Positions 51,380 to 64,000 of a DNA stretch of 64,000 bases are shown one piece after another. This stretch comes from Lama guanicoe. Lineage: Eukaryota. The DNA is taken from NCBI GenBank assembly GCA_013239625.1, contig MU053482.1, forward strand, positions 1,277,168 through 1,341,167, given 5' to 3'. A program made the position numbers and the translations under genes. The notes under the pieces were generated by a model. The model worked only from the letters and a program-made list of their open reading frames with translations, was not told the origin of the DNA and did not search any database. Position 1 is the first letter of the stretch; each line of letters opens with the position of its first letter.

Positions 51380-52479
51380 CTGCATCTTTGAAAGCTGCAC
51401 AGTGGGCTGTCCGAGCCCAGGGCCCAGAAGAGCAGACCAGGAATACAGGGCTGGACCAGCACCCTCCTCACTGTGGCCAGTGCAGACCATCTTGGTGACA
51501 AGATCTTTTTCATGGAGAGGGTTCCCTATGGTCTGCTGATGCATTTGATGTCCCTGCTGCCTTTTTCCTAAGGTGGCCTCTGTGGGTTCTCTGGGGCCTG
51601 GTAAGTTCCTACACACAAACTGCTCTGCCTCCGACCACTGACACTTCTCCAGAGGGTGATGACTTCAGGGATGAAGCTGATGCTGTTCAGTGGATAAGAG
51701 GTTTTACACAGAGCTGGCAGCCACAAGGAGCTCTTTGCAGAGACTGGCCTTTTACAGATGCAGTCAATGTGAGGGACAGAAACAGTGTTGAGAGCCAAAA
51801 AGAAGATGGACTGGGGAAGCCGAGGTGAGAGGAAGAAAGAGTGCAAATCCCCTTGTGAGGACACAGCCCAGCTTTGGGGACCTTGAGGAGGAACACTGGG
51901 CTCCACCTCAATGGAGCTCAGTCCTCCGACCTGACCCTAGCTCCAGGTGTCAGGCAGCCACGTTGTTTTGACTGCCTCTGAGGTGAGGTGTGGGGAGTGA
52001 TGGATCTAGAGGATTCGGAGTCCATGGACACAACTTTCTGCAGGTTCGCCACGTGCTGTTGATCTGGGAAAGTCAGTGAACCTGTGTTCTTATTTACAGA
52101 GAACAGGAATGACAGTGTGGACTCTGCATTGCCCACCTCTTAGAGTTGTAGTTCCGCTCTTCCAGTTCTGTTAAAACTGGACAACCTTACAATGGCCAGG
52201 GCGGTTCAGGGCCCAGTTCCTGCCCTTGAGTTGAGTGGAGGAATGGTGCTCCCAGGTGTGTGACCTCAGCCAAGCGTCGTCGGCACCCAGCTCCCACATT
52301 CCCCAAGAGCACTTGTCAGGAGGCATTTCTACCTCAAAAAGAATATTGAGCGGAACTATGCACAGACGTGAGCCTGTGGTGGAAGCACAGATCTGTCTGA
52401 GGGGACAGGATGCTTGAGTCATGAGTGAAAAAACTGATTTATGCCAGTTACTCCCTGACACTCCCCCGGGAGCTTTATG

Positions 52480-52645
52480 AGGCAGAGAGAACTGCTTTCC
52501 GCCAGTCCATCTCACCTGATGTTCAACCTCCGGACCACAGTGTGAAGTAGGTGCCTTACCCCTTTTCACAGATAAGGGGACGGAGGTTCAGAGAGATGAT
52601 TTAGTTAGTGGGGACTGAGTCTGGACCCAAACCCAGGTTGACCAC
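52480..52645 (-). mobile_element. MIR SINE fragment
   Basis: ccttttcacagataaggggacggaggttcagagag...caaacccagg. Confidence 0.6.
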
Positions 52646-53399
52646 GAGCCCCTCTCTCTGCACAGTGTTCTTCATGAAAGGCTTCCCGGCAAGGTCTAGG
52701 CTTCTTACTTCAAAGGGCAAAGGGACACATTTTTCCTTTTAAGTGTTTCCGTGGCCCGCTCGTTCATTCTGGTTTCAGGTTGCCAGCCTAGCTCCAGTCC
52801 TCCGTCATTGGTCAGTAACTCCTGGAGTCAGGTTCCACACTTAAAGATGGAGGTAATTGCTTCAAGATGTGGTCCTTTAAGGAGAGCACAGTTAAAAGTC
52901 AGTCTCTTTTTATCAGCTCCCACCAGAGACTGAGCTTTAGAAAAAGGAAATGATGGTTTGCTCTGACATGTAAGCTTTTTTTCAGTCTCTAAGAAAGGAG
53001 ATGTGGTTGTCGTTCTGGAAGAGATTACGGGTAGTGGTGAAGTGAGAGATCATTTTGTTCATGGGTTTTTTTTCCCCCTAAACTCTCTTTAGCCAGTTTC
53101 ATGGTCTTTCATAGTAAGAAAAACAAACCTGCCTGCCACAGCACCCCCTCCTTGTCCCCTGCCCTCTCTCATTTACACAGGCAACCTTGAGACAATCAGG
53201 TGAGCAGACGCTACTGCAACTTATGAAACCTTTGCCCCTAATCTCCAGCCCCATGCCTCCCCACACCTCACACCCACCCCCCAGGATAGTAGCTGTGTGA
53301 TTCCAAGAGATCCCAGCAGGATGCCACCTTGCGAGTCTGCACAGCTGCCAAGCCTTCCTTGCCTTCATGCTGTAAACAAATAGGCTGGATGCAGAGATG

Positions 53400-55560
53400 A
53401 TGCCAGTCTCGGGGAACAGAGCTAAGGGGCTAAGAATGTCTTTCTTAAGGGGTAATCAGGATAAAAGTAGCCAGCAAAGGAGATAGAAAACTGAAAAGAA
53501 AGGTCAGGAAATCGAAAAGAAAGGATGGAGGTGGTAAGGAGTGGCTTCTCCTGAAGAGAGATGAAGGGTGAGTTGGTCGGGAGCTGAGAAGTGTCAGTTG
53601 CAGCTTAAAGTTTGGACATCAGTCCCCAGAACCAGAACTGTTTCTGTGTTCTGCCTGGAGAATTCAGAAGCTGGGTGGCAGGTGTTTTCTTGAGAAGTGA
53701 TGGGAAGATGAGAAAGAAGAGGCAGCAGGAGTAGATTATTATTTTCAAAGCTTGGCTGTGACGGGGAGGGGGAGGGGAGGAGAGACAGCGTTCCTACGCA
53801 GGCTGCACGTGGGTGCGTTGTCCTAGTACAGCCCGTGAGAGCTGATGGTGGTGGTCCCTCGAGGGGAAGGAAGGTCAGGAGGGAAGGTTCTTTCGAAAGT
53901 CAGAAATCTGATCGTGTTTATAGCCCGAGGAGCAGCAGCTGATGGTGAGGGCGAGATTAAATGCCTGTCAGAGTGGATGATTAATGGCCCTACCCTAGAG
54001 CCCCGCAGCCTTGGTGGGAACTTCCTCAAAGGCGGGACAGGGGTGAGGGAGAGCCCAGGTCCCTGTAAGTAGGCGTCCTGCGTCACCAGCTAGAGGGAGA
54101 AACAGCAGCAGAACTCAGAGCACAAAGCCAAACATGACTGGTTAACCAGGGAGGTCACCTGAATCTCCGTTCGAGAGCTGTGAGGATGGCTTGGAGAACT
54201 GGGCAGCGACAGGAAGGTGGGTCAGATGGCACTTCAGGAGCAATGTCTGGAATCTTTGTGTCCTTTAACATGTGCTTTTTGCACGTAACCTGGAAACTTA
54301 CTGGGCTAGGGGACAGTTTTAAAGGTAGAGGAACCTGGCAGAGACATGGGCTGTGCGCAGTGGTGTCTGACTAACCTCGGAAGGAGGTGTGGGCTTGCTT
54401 TCTCTAAGACACGGGCTCAAGAGAGAAATGAGAGACGATGCCGGGAACCTTTGTAATAGAAAGGATGTAATTTCAGTGAATGGCCAGATGATCTTTAAAA
54501 TCTTTTCAGTAAACATGAGGAGAGGTTATTTGAGGAGAAGAGTGGGGGATAGGGTGGGGTTTAGGGCTTGAGGAGAATGGAAGAGATTTGGAACAATCTC
54601 TGAAAGGAACCAGCCAGAGATAAATACAAGTTTGGAAGATCAGCTGTAATTAGATAGTGTAAACTTGTTTGGAAACTCGTTGGCATCATTGAGTGACTTT
54701 TACCAGCAATTCTTAAGGCCCCGGGGAGTGGAAGCATAGACAGAAGACTTTGAAGTTTGGGGCATGGACGGGGCTCTGGTAAGGCAAACACACTGCAGAG
54801 CTAGGAGCAGGGATGATTAGCTGAATTTTTCTGGTGCAGAAATGATACAATTGAAATGACGCACCTCAAGGTAGAGACAGATGAGGAAGCAAATATTGCT
54901 TAAAGGAAGTTGATAAACTAGGAACATAGGGAGTTATTAAGTAACTAGTAGCCACAGAAGAAATGAAACATTATTTGCGTGAGTGAATGGGCCGGTTGAA
55001 AGGTCAGAAGATTGTGGCCAGAGGAGAGAATTCCAGAGTTGAAGATTTGAGAAGCAGAGCGGATACATTCTGGATCAAGATGAGGGCCAGGCTGTGCCCA
55101 TTCCAGCTGAGGAGCTGAAATGAAGTGGCAGCAAAGCCTGTTGGTGTCAAGGTCAAGAAATGTGAAGCCAGAGTGAGTATTGAATGGAAGGCTGATTAAC
55201 AAGGATGTTGAAGCTACTGAGGAGGTGGAACGTGCCCAAAGCAGGCAGAGAAACTGTTGATCAAAAGTCAGACACCTCTAGGGAAATGGGAGACTGTCTC
55301 GAGGTTGTATATTTGGAGAGAATGTGACATAACTGAATGGCGCTGCCTTAGAGGAGGGAGGGCATACGGAGGTGATCTGGAAGCAGTCTTGTAACAGGGA
55401 GAAAAGTGTTCTGTAAGTTGGGTCACTGGAGCAGAATGGTCTCTCCTCGTGATGCCTGGGAAGAACGTGTCATATCATGCAAAAGTCAGGATTCAGTTCA
55501 AGCTGGAAGCAGAAAGAGCAGTTGAGAATGTAGAGTATTTTAAATCCTCTTAGAACAGCT
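53400..55560 (-). mobile_element. Long, fragmented antisense L2 relic
   Basis: Purine-rich degenerate L2-like motifs (ttttcaaagcttggctgtga; aggtcaagaaatgtgaagccagagtg...ggatgttgaag); boundaries approximate. Confidence 0.5.
55184..55240 (+). pseudogene. Degenerate counterpart of a recalled human PPFIBP2 alternative first exon (MEG*LTRMLKLLRRWNVPK)
   Basis: 19 codons resembling the recalled human isoform N-terminus MGKLITRMWKLLRRRSAPK, with TGA at codon 4 and GC instead of GT after the last codon. Confidence 0.55.
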
Positions 55561-56599
55561 ATGATAGAGGTCACTGTATGTAACAGTGGCTGGAGGCCAT
55601 GCCGGGCCTGGAGATGGGGAAGGGGAGCTGGACCGGGTAAGGCTGTCAAAGGCTGACTTTGAGTTCAGGGAGACAAGGAGCAGGGGTGATGATCGTGTAA
55701 GATGGAGGCACATGCTAATAGATACAGGTGAGGGGAGAGTAAGTGCAAGTTTTGTTATCAGTGGACTGTGTGAAATAAAGCAGCCCCAGGTTTCTAATTC
55801 AGGCTTTGGTGTGTCCAGTTGAAATGTCCACTTGGAATGTTAGTGTGACCAGTTGGAACCCTGGCGTGATCAGTGGAATACAACCAATTAGAGTATTATC
55901 CTCATCAACTGGAACAGTGGTGTGACCAGTTACAACCGGGCAGCCGAAACAGCCAGAGGGATTTTGGTGATAACGGGAGTAGAGTAGACTCAGCTTTCAA
56001 GAGAGATGCATTTTGAGACTTTTTTTGAATCCCGCCAAGGCAGTTTCTTGAATGCTTGAATCAAGGGATGGCTGGGAAACTCACATACACATTGTAAATC
56101 TATCTCTAGCTACGAATGGAACTTGAGGATATGAATTTTATACCAACGATTACTCTGGCTTCAACTTCTTTTCTTACCTGCTTTAATTTCTACAGTGTAT
56201 TTTTAAAATTTGAATTGTCTGTTTTGCAAACTGCATTAAATCATTTTTGAAACAAAGCAGGTAGATAAGAGGATGGAGAGGGAGACAAAGAATGGGGTGG
56301 TGGAAGCAGAGAGGAGGGTGGGGACGAGGGAGAAGGAGATGGGGGTGAGTCGGCGGTGTTGGGGAGGATTACATCTTAAGATGCGCAAGACCAAGAGATC
56401 CCATCTTCTCTCAGGGAAGAACCCTTCAGGGACTTTTATGGCCTGCAGAGGCCTAGCACCAAGCCCTAGATGGTAGGTCCTGAGCCAAATCTTGATCAGT
56501 TGAGTGGCTGGTTCCTGGCCTCAGTGAATATTTGTTGATTGGCTTTTTTCAGCAAGTATTTTTTTTATTTCCCTTGAAGTTCTTGGACTTCTTCCTCTG

Positions 56600-56850
56600 T
56601 TTGGGAAACAATGTGACACGTTAGACAGAAATGAGTTTTGGAGCCAAACAGACTTTGGTTTGAAACCTAACTCTCATGTTGATCATCCTGTGCCCTTGGC
56701 CAAGGCAGGCCAGTCTCTGGGTCTGTTTCTTCATCTGTAACATCAGGATAATAATACTTACTGCCAAGTCACTGGGAGGGTTTAATAAGGGGATGTATGT
56801 AAAATATGCGACAGTGTCTGGCACAGAGGTGACACTCAGTGAATCTATGC
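56600..56850 (+). mobile_element. MIR SINE
   Basis: tttggagccaaacagact...tgtttcttcatctgtaa...gatgtatgtaaa...acagtgtctggcacagag. Confidence 0.78.
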
Positions 56851-57208
56851 CCACTCGCCCCCAACACTGGACACACTTATCTGGCTAACTCCTCACGACC
56901 AAGTAGCCCACAGTTCTGGCCTGGCAGTGCTGCCGCCTTTGCCCTAGAAGCCAGCTTCAGGTCTGGCTGGTCCAGGAAGAGCTGGGTTCCTCAGCCCAGT
57001 AGTAGGCTCATTGTGCTGAATTCTTTGGCTTCTAGATACTCATTCCCTCAGGCTGGCAGATGGACAGTTTGTCACCTGGCTTTCTGAGGTACTGACGGCT
57101 TTTGGCCTAGGGAGATGTGGTGCAGACTGGGCTGAGTATTGACTGAGCCTGGGAAGTGATATAGAAACTTTGGTTTCGAAAAATACATTGTTAACATAAA
57201 CTTGTCTG

Positions 57209-57342
57209 TGGGGAGGGTATAGCAGTGGTAGAGTGTATGCTTTGCATGCATAAGATTCTGGGTTTAATCCTCAGTACCTCCATTAAAATGAATAAATAAA
57301 TAAACCTAATTACCTCCCCAGAAAAAAAACTAAAAAAAAAAA
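57209..57342 (+). mobile_element. Vic-1-like SINE, full length
   Basis: ggggagggtatagcagtggtagagtg...cagtacctccattaaaatgaataaataaataaacctaattacctcccc plus A tail. Confidence 0.92.
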
Positions 57343-57710
57343 TGCACTTTGTTTTGGTGGAGAGGGTCTGCTGTTGCTTTGCCTTCAAAATAGATACGGG
57401 GAAATTTTATTCTTTGAGCAGACCCATCCATTTTTCTCTACCGGGAAATAATGAATAATGGTTTCTATGGGCAAATGTGTTTTTGAGAAATGTAGCTCAC
57501 ACTGCCTCTTGGAGCACAGTAGGTGGTGTCAGGGGCTATGCTGTCCCTGAGTGGCCCATCGTCAGCCCAGCCTGTCCCTGCTGGGAGTGTGGCTCATGTG
57601 TAGCAGTTTCAGCGTACAGTATAGAGATCGCCTTATGTGCTATGGATGGAGCTGGAGTCATTCTTGTTGCCATGGAGGTTTATGGGTTTGAGATCTGTTT
57701 TTGCTTGCAG

Positions 57711-57842
57711 GAGCTGCTAAGTCGTACATCTCTTGAGAGTCAGAAGCTCGATTTGCTGACTGAAGTTTCTGAGCTGAAGCTCAAGCTGGTGGGCATGGAG
57801 AAGGAGCAGAGAGAGCAGGAGGAGAAACAGAGAAAAGCAGAG
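57711..57842 (+). CDS. PPFIBP2: PPFIBP2 coding exon 5, ELLSRTSLESQKLDLLTEVSELKLKLVGMEKEQREQEEKQRKAE, 132 nt
   Basis: Acceptor ctgtttttgcttgcag|; donor GAG|gtgagt; phase 0-0; coiled-coil heptads. Confidence 0.95.
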
Positions 57843-58384
57843 GTGAGTGTGATACATCACGTTCTGGGGGGTGGGGGATGGGGGCACTGTCCTAAGTACA
57901 AATCAGGAGAAGCTATCCTAATGCGGCTTCAGAACATCTGGTCAACCCCAAGCCTAGCAGCTGCTGGGCGCCAGAAACATCTATGCACTAGATACACAAT
58001 GATCTGTTAATACCAAGTTATCAGGTTTTGCAGTGGCTGCAGATTTCAGCAATGCCCAAACCACCCAGTTTTGGCTCTAAGGCTTTATCCTCCTTCAAGC
58101 TGCTGACAAGGATGGAAAGGGAAGCAGTAGTGGGGGAAGGATCAGAGAATACGCAGAGGGACACAAGATGTCTTCTGTGAGAGCCAAGGTAATGACCATG
58201 TCCTGGGACGAAGTCAGCTGCCCAGCAGGCCAGCATCACTATCTGCGGAGTCTGGAGATACTCTTTGATGTGTATTTCACCAACCTGGATGGAACCCTTA
58301 GGTGATGTGTTTCTTTTCTCCTGATGGCGCATATGGATGAGCCTGTGCAGGCCTTCTCTTAGAGAATATTTACCTATGTTTTTG

Positions 58385-58471
58385 GTTTTTTTTAATGGAG
58401 ATACTGGGATTGAACCCAGAACCTCGTGCATGCTAAGCATGCACTCTGCTACTGAACTGTATCCCTCCCCC
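58385..58471 (-). mobile_element. Vic-1-like SINE
   Basis: aatggagatactgggattgaacccagaacctcgtgcatgctaagcatgcactctgctactgaactgtatccctcccc. Confidence 0.9.
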
Positions 58472-59299
58472 TGCCTGTGTTTTGTTTTTGTTTTTTCAGG
58501 CTCCATACACCATTGACTAGAGCATGCCAGACTCTTTTTTTTGGATAAATGTTTTGGATAAATTTTAGGCTTAGAGGTCCTTTATTTGAGAGAGAACAGC
58601 GTATTTTATTTAACCTTAGATAACTATCTTCTATGTGCCTCTACCTATAGGCCCGTATATTTGTACCTGGGATTGTGAGATGTGGAAAGAAGATAGCCTT
58701 TGGGTTTAGAAACATCTTGGCTTAATTACTGACCTAACTGCTTAATAGCTCTTTGAATGTCAACAAGTTAACTACTTAAATTCTCTGAGCTTCAGTTTTT
58801 TTAATCTGTAAAATGGGTAACTGATAAAGTTGAGCAAAAAAACCCACCAAAGTCTCTATCATAGGATCTCGCATTTTGTAGGTACTTGGTTTACCCTCAT
58901 TCTCTTCTACTATTTAGGCATCTCCAAAATCTAGAGATGAATGTTATTCCTTTCTATTACATGCCAGCTTTATCCTGCACTGAAACCTGGCATATTTCTG
59001 TATTTATTGGGTAAACACTAGTGATTGAGATGCTTCTAGTGTGTGAGGCATATTCCTTACATTGCTTTTGAGCACAGGCTCAATTTCTCATTGGTTGTGT
59101 TGTTGTTAAGCATGCTGGAAGTGGAAATGGAGACCTAGATACCTTATTTGCTTACTGCAAAGTTCACGCGGACTGAAAGGTTATCTGTGTGAAGTGTTAG
59201 TTGAATAGACTCTGCTTCTGAAACCAGGGAGGAGCCATTTGAATTTTCTCCAAGTTTAGAGTTATTTTACCAATGTTTCAAGATGTGTGATCACGTGTG

Positions 59300-59750
59300 G
59301 ATATACATTCATGCTTGGAGGCAGAATTCAACAAACTTTGTAAGAAGGCTTCAAGTAGGGACAGCTCAAAACCACTGAAGAAAGGAAAGAATGAAAGAGA
59401 GAAAAAAAGAAAGAAAAGAAAGAGAGGGAGGGTTATTAGGTCATACAAATGAAAGAGTCTAGGGTTTACAAAGCTGCTCTCACTGGATCCAGACGGTGTC
59501 ACCATGTCATTAGAAATCAGGCTTAGTGTGGAGCATTTGGTTCTATTTTAGCCTTATTCTCAGGAAGGGTCTACCCCTGTGGTGACAGAGATGGCTATCA
59601 GCAGCTCTAGGTCCTTCTAGCCTGGCAACCCCTGCAGAGAGGGAGGTTCTGTTTCTCAAAGGGTCCAGCAAAAGCCTCAGGATTGCATCTCATTGGGTCA
59701 GTTTGGGTCATGTGCCTTGTTCTGAGCCAGTTACTTCAGGGAGCATGGAC
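59300..59750. mobile_element. Old MLT1-type LTR
   Basis: agatggctatcagcagctctagg...tctcattgggtcagtttgggtcatgtgcc. Confidence 0.55.
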
Positions 59751-61299
59751 CCACGTTTGGGGTGTATGTTTGTGAGTGTGAGAGCCAGTCCATCTGTGGA
59801 CGAGTGCTGAGTTAGTCCTGAGCTGGGGCAGCTCAGATCCTTTCTAGGGAAGACAGGAAGGAAGGGGAGATCCCATTTCTAAGCCGAGTACAACTCGGCA
59901 GTCATTTTCCTGCTGGCTTTCTTTTCTTTTCTTTCTTTTTCTTTTTCCTGACGGATTCTTTTTCAACCTGAATTTTTGTTTTTGTTTTCCATTAGGCTGT
60001 TCATACATGAGGCAGCATAGACGCTGAGCTGCTGGCCTCAGCCCTACCAGATAACAGCCCTTCCTTGCTAGTACAAACATTTTGGTTTCCACGTGGAGGA
60101 ATTTTTCAGGCTGTTCAAACTTGTGATAATCAGCAAACAGCCACATGACCTGAAACAAATTTCTCATGCTTGTAATTGAACATAATCTTGGTTGGTATGC
60201 TCAGAACCTCCACCAGTATTTCTGTCTATCTGGGGCACCCGAAGCTTAAAACCACCGAGGGCTACTTAAGCTGCACTATTGTCATGTGCGTGGAGATGTT
60301 TATTTTGAATGAGATATTTGGCTAGCTCCGGTCAGCCGAGGTTGGAGTTGCATGAATAAAGGGAATGTTGCTTTCCATCCTACTCTGCTGCTGTTTTTCC
60401 CAGTGAATGTGCTTAGCCTGAGGCCTGATTGCTTGCGGGTTTAAAAAAAGTAGGACTTTTTTTTTTTTAAGGTAGCCAGATCTGAAACAAACTTTCTCCG
60501 TGTAGCTCAGGTTTTATCCTAAACCAGTATCCTGTTTCCCTGTAGTCAGTTGTGGAAGTGATTACAGATGTTTGTCTATAACCCTGAGGACTTCGAGGTG
60601 CAGGTTTCTTGTTAATTGGAGACAGTCTGCCAGCCATCCTTGCTCGGGGGTCAGTCAGCGGTGGCTCTAATGCGATATGGGTGAATACTGGACTTCCTGT
60701 CTACTTCACCTTTTCTCCTGAGCCTCTTGCAGTGGTTCTGGGTGGTTTCAGGGGACCCAAGATTGGACCAGTTAGGTTTACTCCTGAGAAGCAGGACTGC
60801 AGGAAAAGTGACGGACATGGAAAGTAAATATGACAATTAGGAGGATGGAACAGGAAAGAAAGAGATCCAGAGGCAAAGGAAGACCTCTGGGTGGCACACC
60901 TGTAGAAGGCGTGTCCCTTGGAGGGATCTTCCTTGGAGAAGGGCATCTGGCTTTCCTAAGCACTGGGGATGCAGGGAGATCCAAAGGGTCCTGCGTGTAG
61001 TACTAGAGCAGCCTCTACAGAGGGGAGCAGGGGAACGGAGTCAGCCCTGTTGGTCCGTGATACACACGAGCATGAAGAGAACCGCACACAATCTTTAGGA
61101 TTTGCTGGCAAAAAATGGAACGTCTTATTGCACAGATAGGGTTGTCAGACTTTCTTCCTGCTAGTGGGACTCTGGAAGGGAGGGATTCTGATGTCTGAAC
61201 CGGGGCAATCGGAAGGATGAACTTGGAGTACAGAACAAAGGTGGGAAGATCGTGTTTGCTGAGAAGAGCTGGCCTAACTAGGAGAGTTTTATTGTTGTT

Positions 61300-62080
61300 G
61301 TTTTTATTTTACTTATCCGTTTATATTAGTATAGGAACCCTACTCTGACAATTAAAAGTTTAAGAGTTCAGGAAGGTATGTGTAGCAGAACCTCTCCTTC
61401 CATGCCTGTCCCCCAGCCAGCAGTCAGGCACCAATGTTGTCAGTTTGTTTACTGTCCTTCAGAGTTATCGTATGCCTGGACAAGCGGATTTATGTGGTTA
61501 AATTCTTCCCCTCATTTTTGCCCAAGTGCACATTATTCTGGACCTTTTTTTTTAAATTTAGCAGTCAAGTAGAGTTCACTTCCGATCAAGTACATTGAAA
61601 GAAACTTCCTTGTTCATATTTATGTTTGCGTATTATTTCACTCTCCGACTGTGCCCTCGTTTATTTAATCAGTTCTTTTTTAAACATACACGTACATGTA
61701 TATTATTCAGATTCTTTTCCATTACAGCTCATTACAAGAAATTGAATGCGGTTCCCTGTGCTGCACTGTAGGTCCTTACTGTTTATCTGTTTTATTTATA
61801 GCAGTGTGTATCTAGTAATCCCAAACTCCTAATGTATCCTTCCTCTCACCTTTCCCGCCTGGTAACCACAGTTTATTTTCTGTGTCCTTTGAGTCTCTTT
61901 CTTAACCAATTCTCCTTTGTGGACATTTAAGTTGTTCCGAAGTGTCTACTATTGCAAATAATGCTACTGTGAATACTCCTGGACATGTGAGGATATTGAA
62001 GTGGAATTGAAGGGTCAAAGGGTACGTGCACTGGAAATTTTGACAGATACAGAGGTTGTATGTCCAGCAGCAATATGTCA
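61300..62080 (-). mobile_element. Old L1M fragment with a younger nested L1 tail at 61677-61901
   Basis: Host motifs tggacatttaagttgttcc...aaataatgctactgtgaata; insert flanked by ttaa(t/c)ca(g/a)ttct at 61665-61676 and 61902-61913. Confidence 0.75.
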
Positions 62081-63559
62081 GAGCACCAGAAAATATTAAA
62101 CTGAGCATGAAGGAGGAGTGAGGGAAGTCACGAAGTAAAATTGTGAACCAGTTTAGCATGTAGGATGGGCTGGGAAAGCCTGGGATGATGGGAGGTGCCC
62201 GGTAGTTTTCACGTAGGAAAGAACCATAAAAAAAGCACTTTGACGGTTAGCGCAGCAGGAGTAATAAACAAAGGAAGCTGAGATTACAGAACAGTGATAA
62301 GAACTTCATAAATATCACCCAGACTTGATGATGTGAGTCCCAGCAGTGGAACACGGGTGCCAAAAGGCTCTGCCCTTACGGGAGAGAAACAGACCTGTTA
62401 AGAGAGGAGGTGGAGGCCCTGGAGGTAGAAAGTTCTAAAAGCAAGTTGAAGTGCCAAGCCTGAGGGTAGATGTGTTGGAAAATGACACCTCCCCGTGGAT
62501 GGGGAGAATTCAAGGAGAATGTGCAGAGGTGCTGGGGGTGGGGGCCCACGTGGTCACACAGAGCAGAGGAGGAAGGTAGATGCACTTCTGATACAAATCC
62601 CCAGACTGATGGAGGCAGACAAGGGCCAGTAATGGGAAGGGAGCAGCAATTTGAATAGCTGCTAAAAACTTCCTCCAGCTAAACACCTAAGTATGGGAAA
62701 GGTTGGTTTTTTATTTTTTTAAAGTTTGTATGAGGTCTAGTCAGTTTCCAATATTGTATTAAGAAAGGTTGGTTTCTGTTTCTCCCCACCTTGTTGGTAG
62801 TTTCGGCCCTGAATGCAGAGAAAGAAAAGCAGGAGAACTGCCACTCTAGCTCTGATGCTGAAGCAAGGGGGTAACTAGTTGATGAAGAAAAAGTGATGGG
62901 TACCCAGAGAGAGAGTGGCCATTGTTGTTTTGAGAGCTCATGACAGCAAGGGAGGGGAAAACTCAGCATAGTCAGACATGCTCCCTAGACTTCAGTAAAT
63001 CATACTTTGAAAGGTCAGAAATAAAATAGAAGAGATGCCTCAAGAATACTGAACTACTTACGAATAGAATTCTGGCCATGTAATCTCACAAGTAATACCA
63101 ATAAAAAGGAAAAGCTTAGAGGCACCTTGAGAGAAGCTAGTTTTCGAAGGGGCTTGTACAAAAGATAGAAAGGACAGATCAGAGTGCACCTTCATGGGCA
63201 GCACCAGGAAGGGCAAGCCCCACACAGAAGGACAATGCTGAGGACAATGGAAAGTTATGTTCTCAGGAAGCTCAAAGAAAGAATGGGCTTGGTTCCACTG
63301 ATGCCTCTGACAAGGGCATAGAACTCAGGACAGCCGTCCCTAAACTGCTCGCTGTAAGTGAAATTTAAGGAATCAGGAATCAAGCAAGTTTGAAAAACTG
63401 GAAGTAACTGTTTTCTTCTTCATCTTCGTTCTCCTCCCCTTTCTCTTCTCCTTTCTCCTTCCCTTCCTCCTCCTTCCTCTTACTCTTCACACAGAAAGTT
63501 AAAAAGGTTTTATAAAGTTTGGTCTTTTGAGTTCGAGGTCAACCCAACGATGGCTTATG

Positions 63560-64000
63560 AGGAGCTAGAAGACAAAATAGAGGTCTCTGTCCATTAAGAG
63601 TGCGTTACATCCTATCGACCTCATTGGTTTAACTGGGAACGCATCTTGTGGTGGTCGACCTGGTAAACCCGCACTTCAGCAAGGCATTGCAAAACCACTG
63701 CTTGGGATAGTCTTGTGTGGATAAGACAGAGGAATATAGGGCGAGTGCTAAAATAGGCATATGCTACCCAAATGGTAATGAATAGTACCTTAATACTACC
63801 TCTAGGAAGGTATTTTGTAGAGGGTCACGTCATCTGCCCATAGCCCTCTTGTCTGATGAGCATTTTCAGTCCACCATTTGAAGGCTGATATATAAGGACT
63901 TGAAGTTGTGAAGACAGGAAGCCAAGGACAAACTAAATGGAGCACTTGACGTTGGGATTCTTAAAGACCTACCTACACAGACTGGAGCGATAGATAAGGT
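63560..64000 (+). mobile_element. CR1/L3 LINE reverse-transcriptase relic, possibly extending back to about 62650
   Basis: Degenerate RT motifs acttcagcaaggcatt (DFSKAF-like) and ggattcttaaagacct...acagactggagcgat (IQKDLDRLE-like). Confidence 0.55.

Larger units (their letters stand above)
1356..57842 (+). other. PPFIBP2: PPFIBP2 (liprin-beta-2) gene, partial: five coding exons and introns; gene continues beyond both window edges
   Basis: Exons of 64+215+93+114+132 nt splice at GT-AG sites into an uninterrupted 206-aa frame MASDASHALEAALEQMDGIIAG...YQERLARLEGDKESLILQVSVLTDQVEAQGEKIRDLE...KQRKAE, recognised as the liprin-beta-2 N-terminus and coiled coil. Confidence 0.96.

Noticed and set aside
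55844..55938. 12-bp direct repeat gtgtgaccagtt
   Set aside because: Short, flanks no recognisable element and has no other support.
63560..64000. Functional reverse transcriptase gene
   Set aside because: Motifs are fragmented by indels and stops; it is an ancient CR1/L3 relic.

Overview
Mammalian genomic DNA, most likely camelid (camel/alpaca/llama), judged from nine copies of a tRNA-derived Vic-1-like SINE and cetartiodactyl-type L1 tails. The window lies within the 5' half of PPFIBP2 (liprin-beta-2, + strand). Five coding exons (1391-1454, 13721-13935, 43559-43651, 47544-47657, 57711-57842) have GT-AG boundaries and splice into one open 206-codon frame. The main promoter is upstream of the window and the rest of the gene is downstream. 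The remainder is intron filled with SINE, L1, L2, MIR, CR1/L3, MaLR/ERV LTR and DNA-transposon relics; the other ORFs in the track look spurious. I see no new enzymatic or defence system. The most interesting signals concern isoform architecture: (1) an internal alternative first coding exon missed by the ORF track (26465-26512, MDGDIDVYKHFAWLKR) with an overlapping uORF; (2) an apparently dead, L2-embedded counterpart of a human alternative first exon (55184-55240); (3) recursive-splicing-type AG|GT junctions and a tandem acceptor preceded by a (GT)9 tract; (4) a perfect 50-bp spaced duplication. Comparisons with human or fish sequences and all repeat family names come from memory and need alignment or RepeatMasker confirmation.
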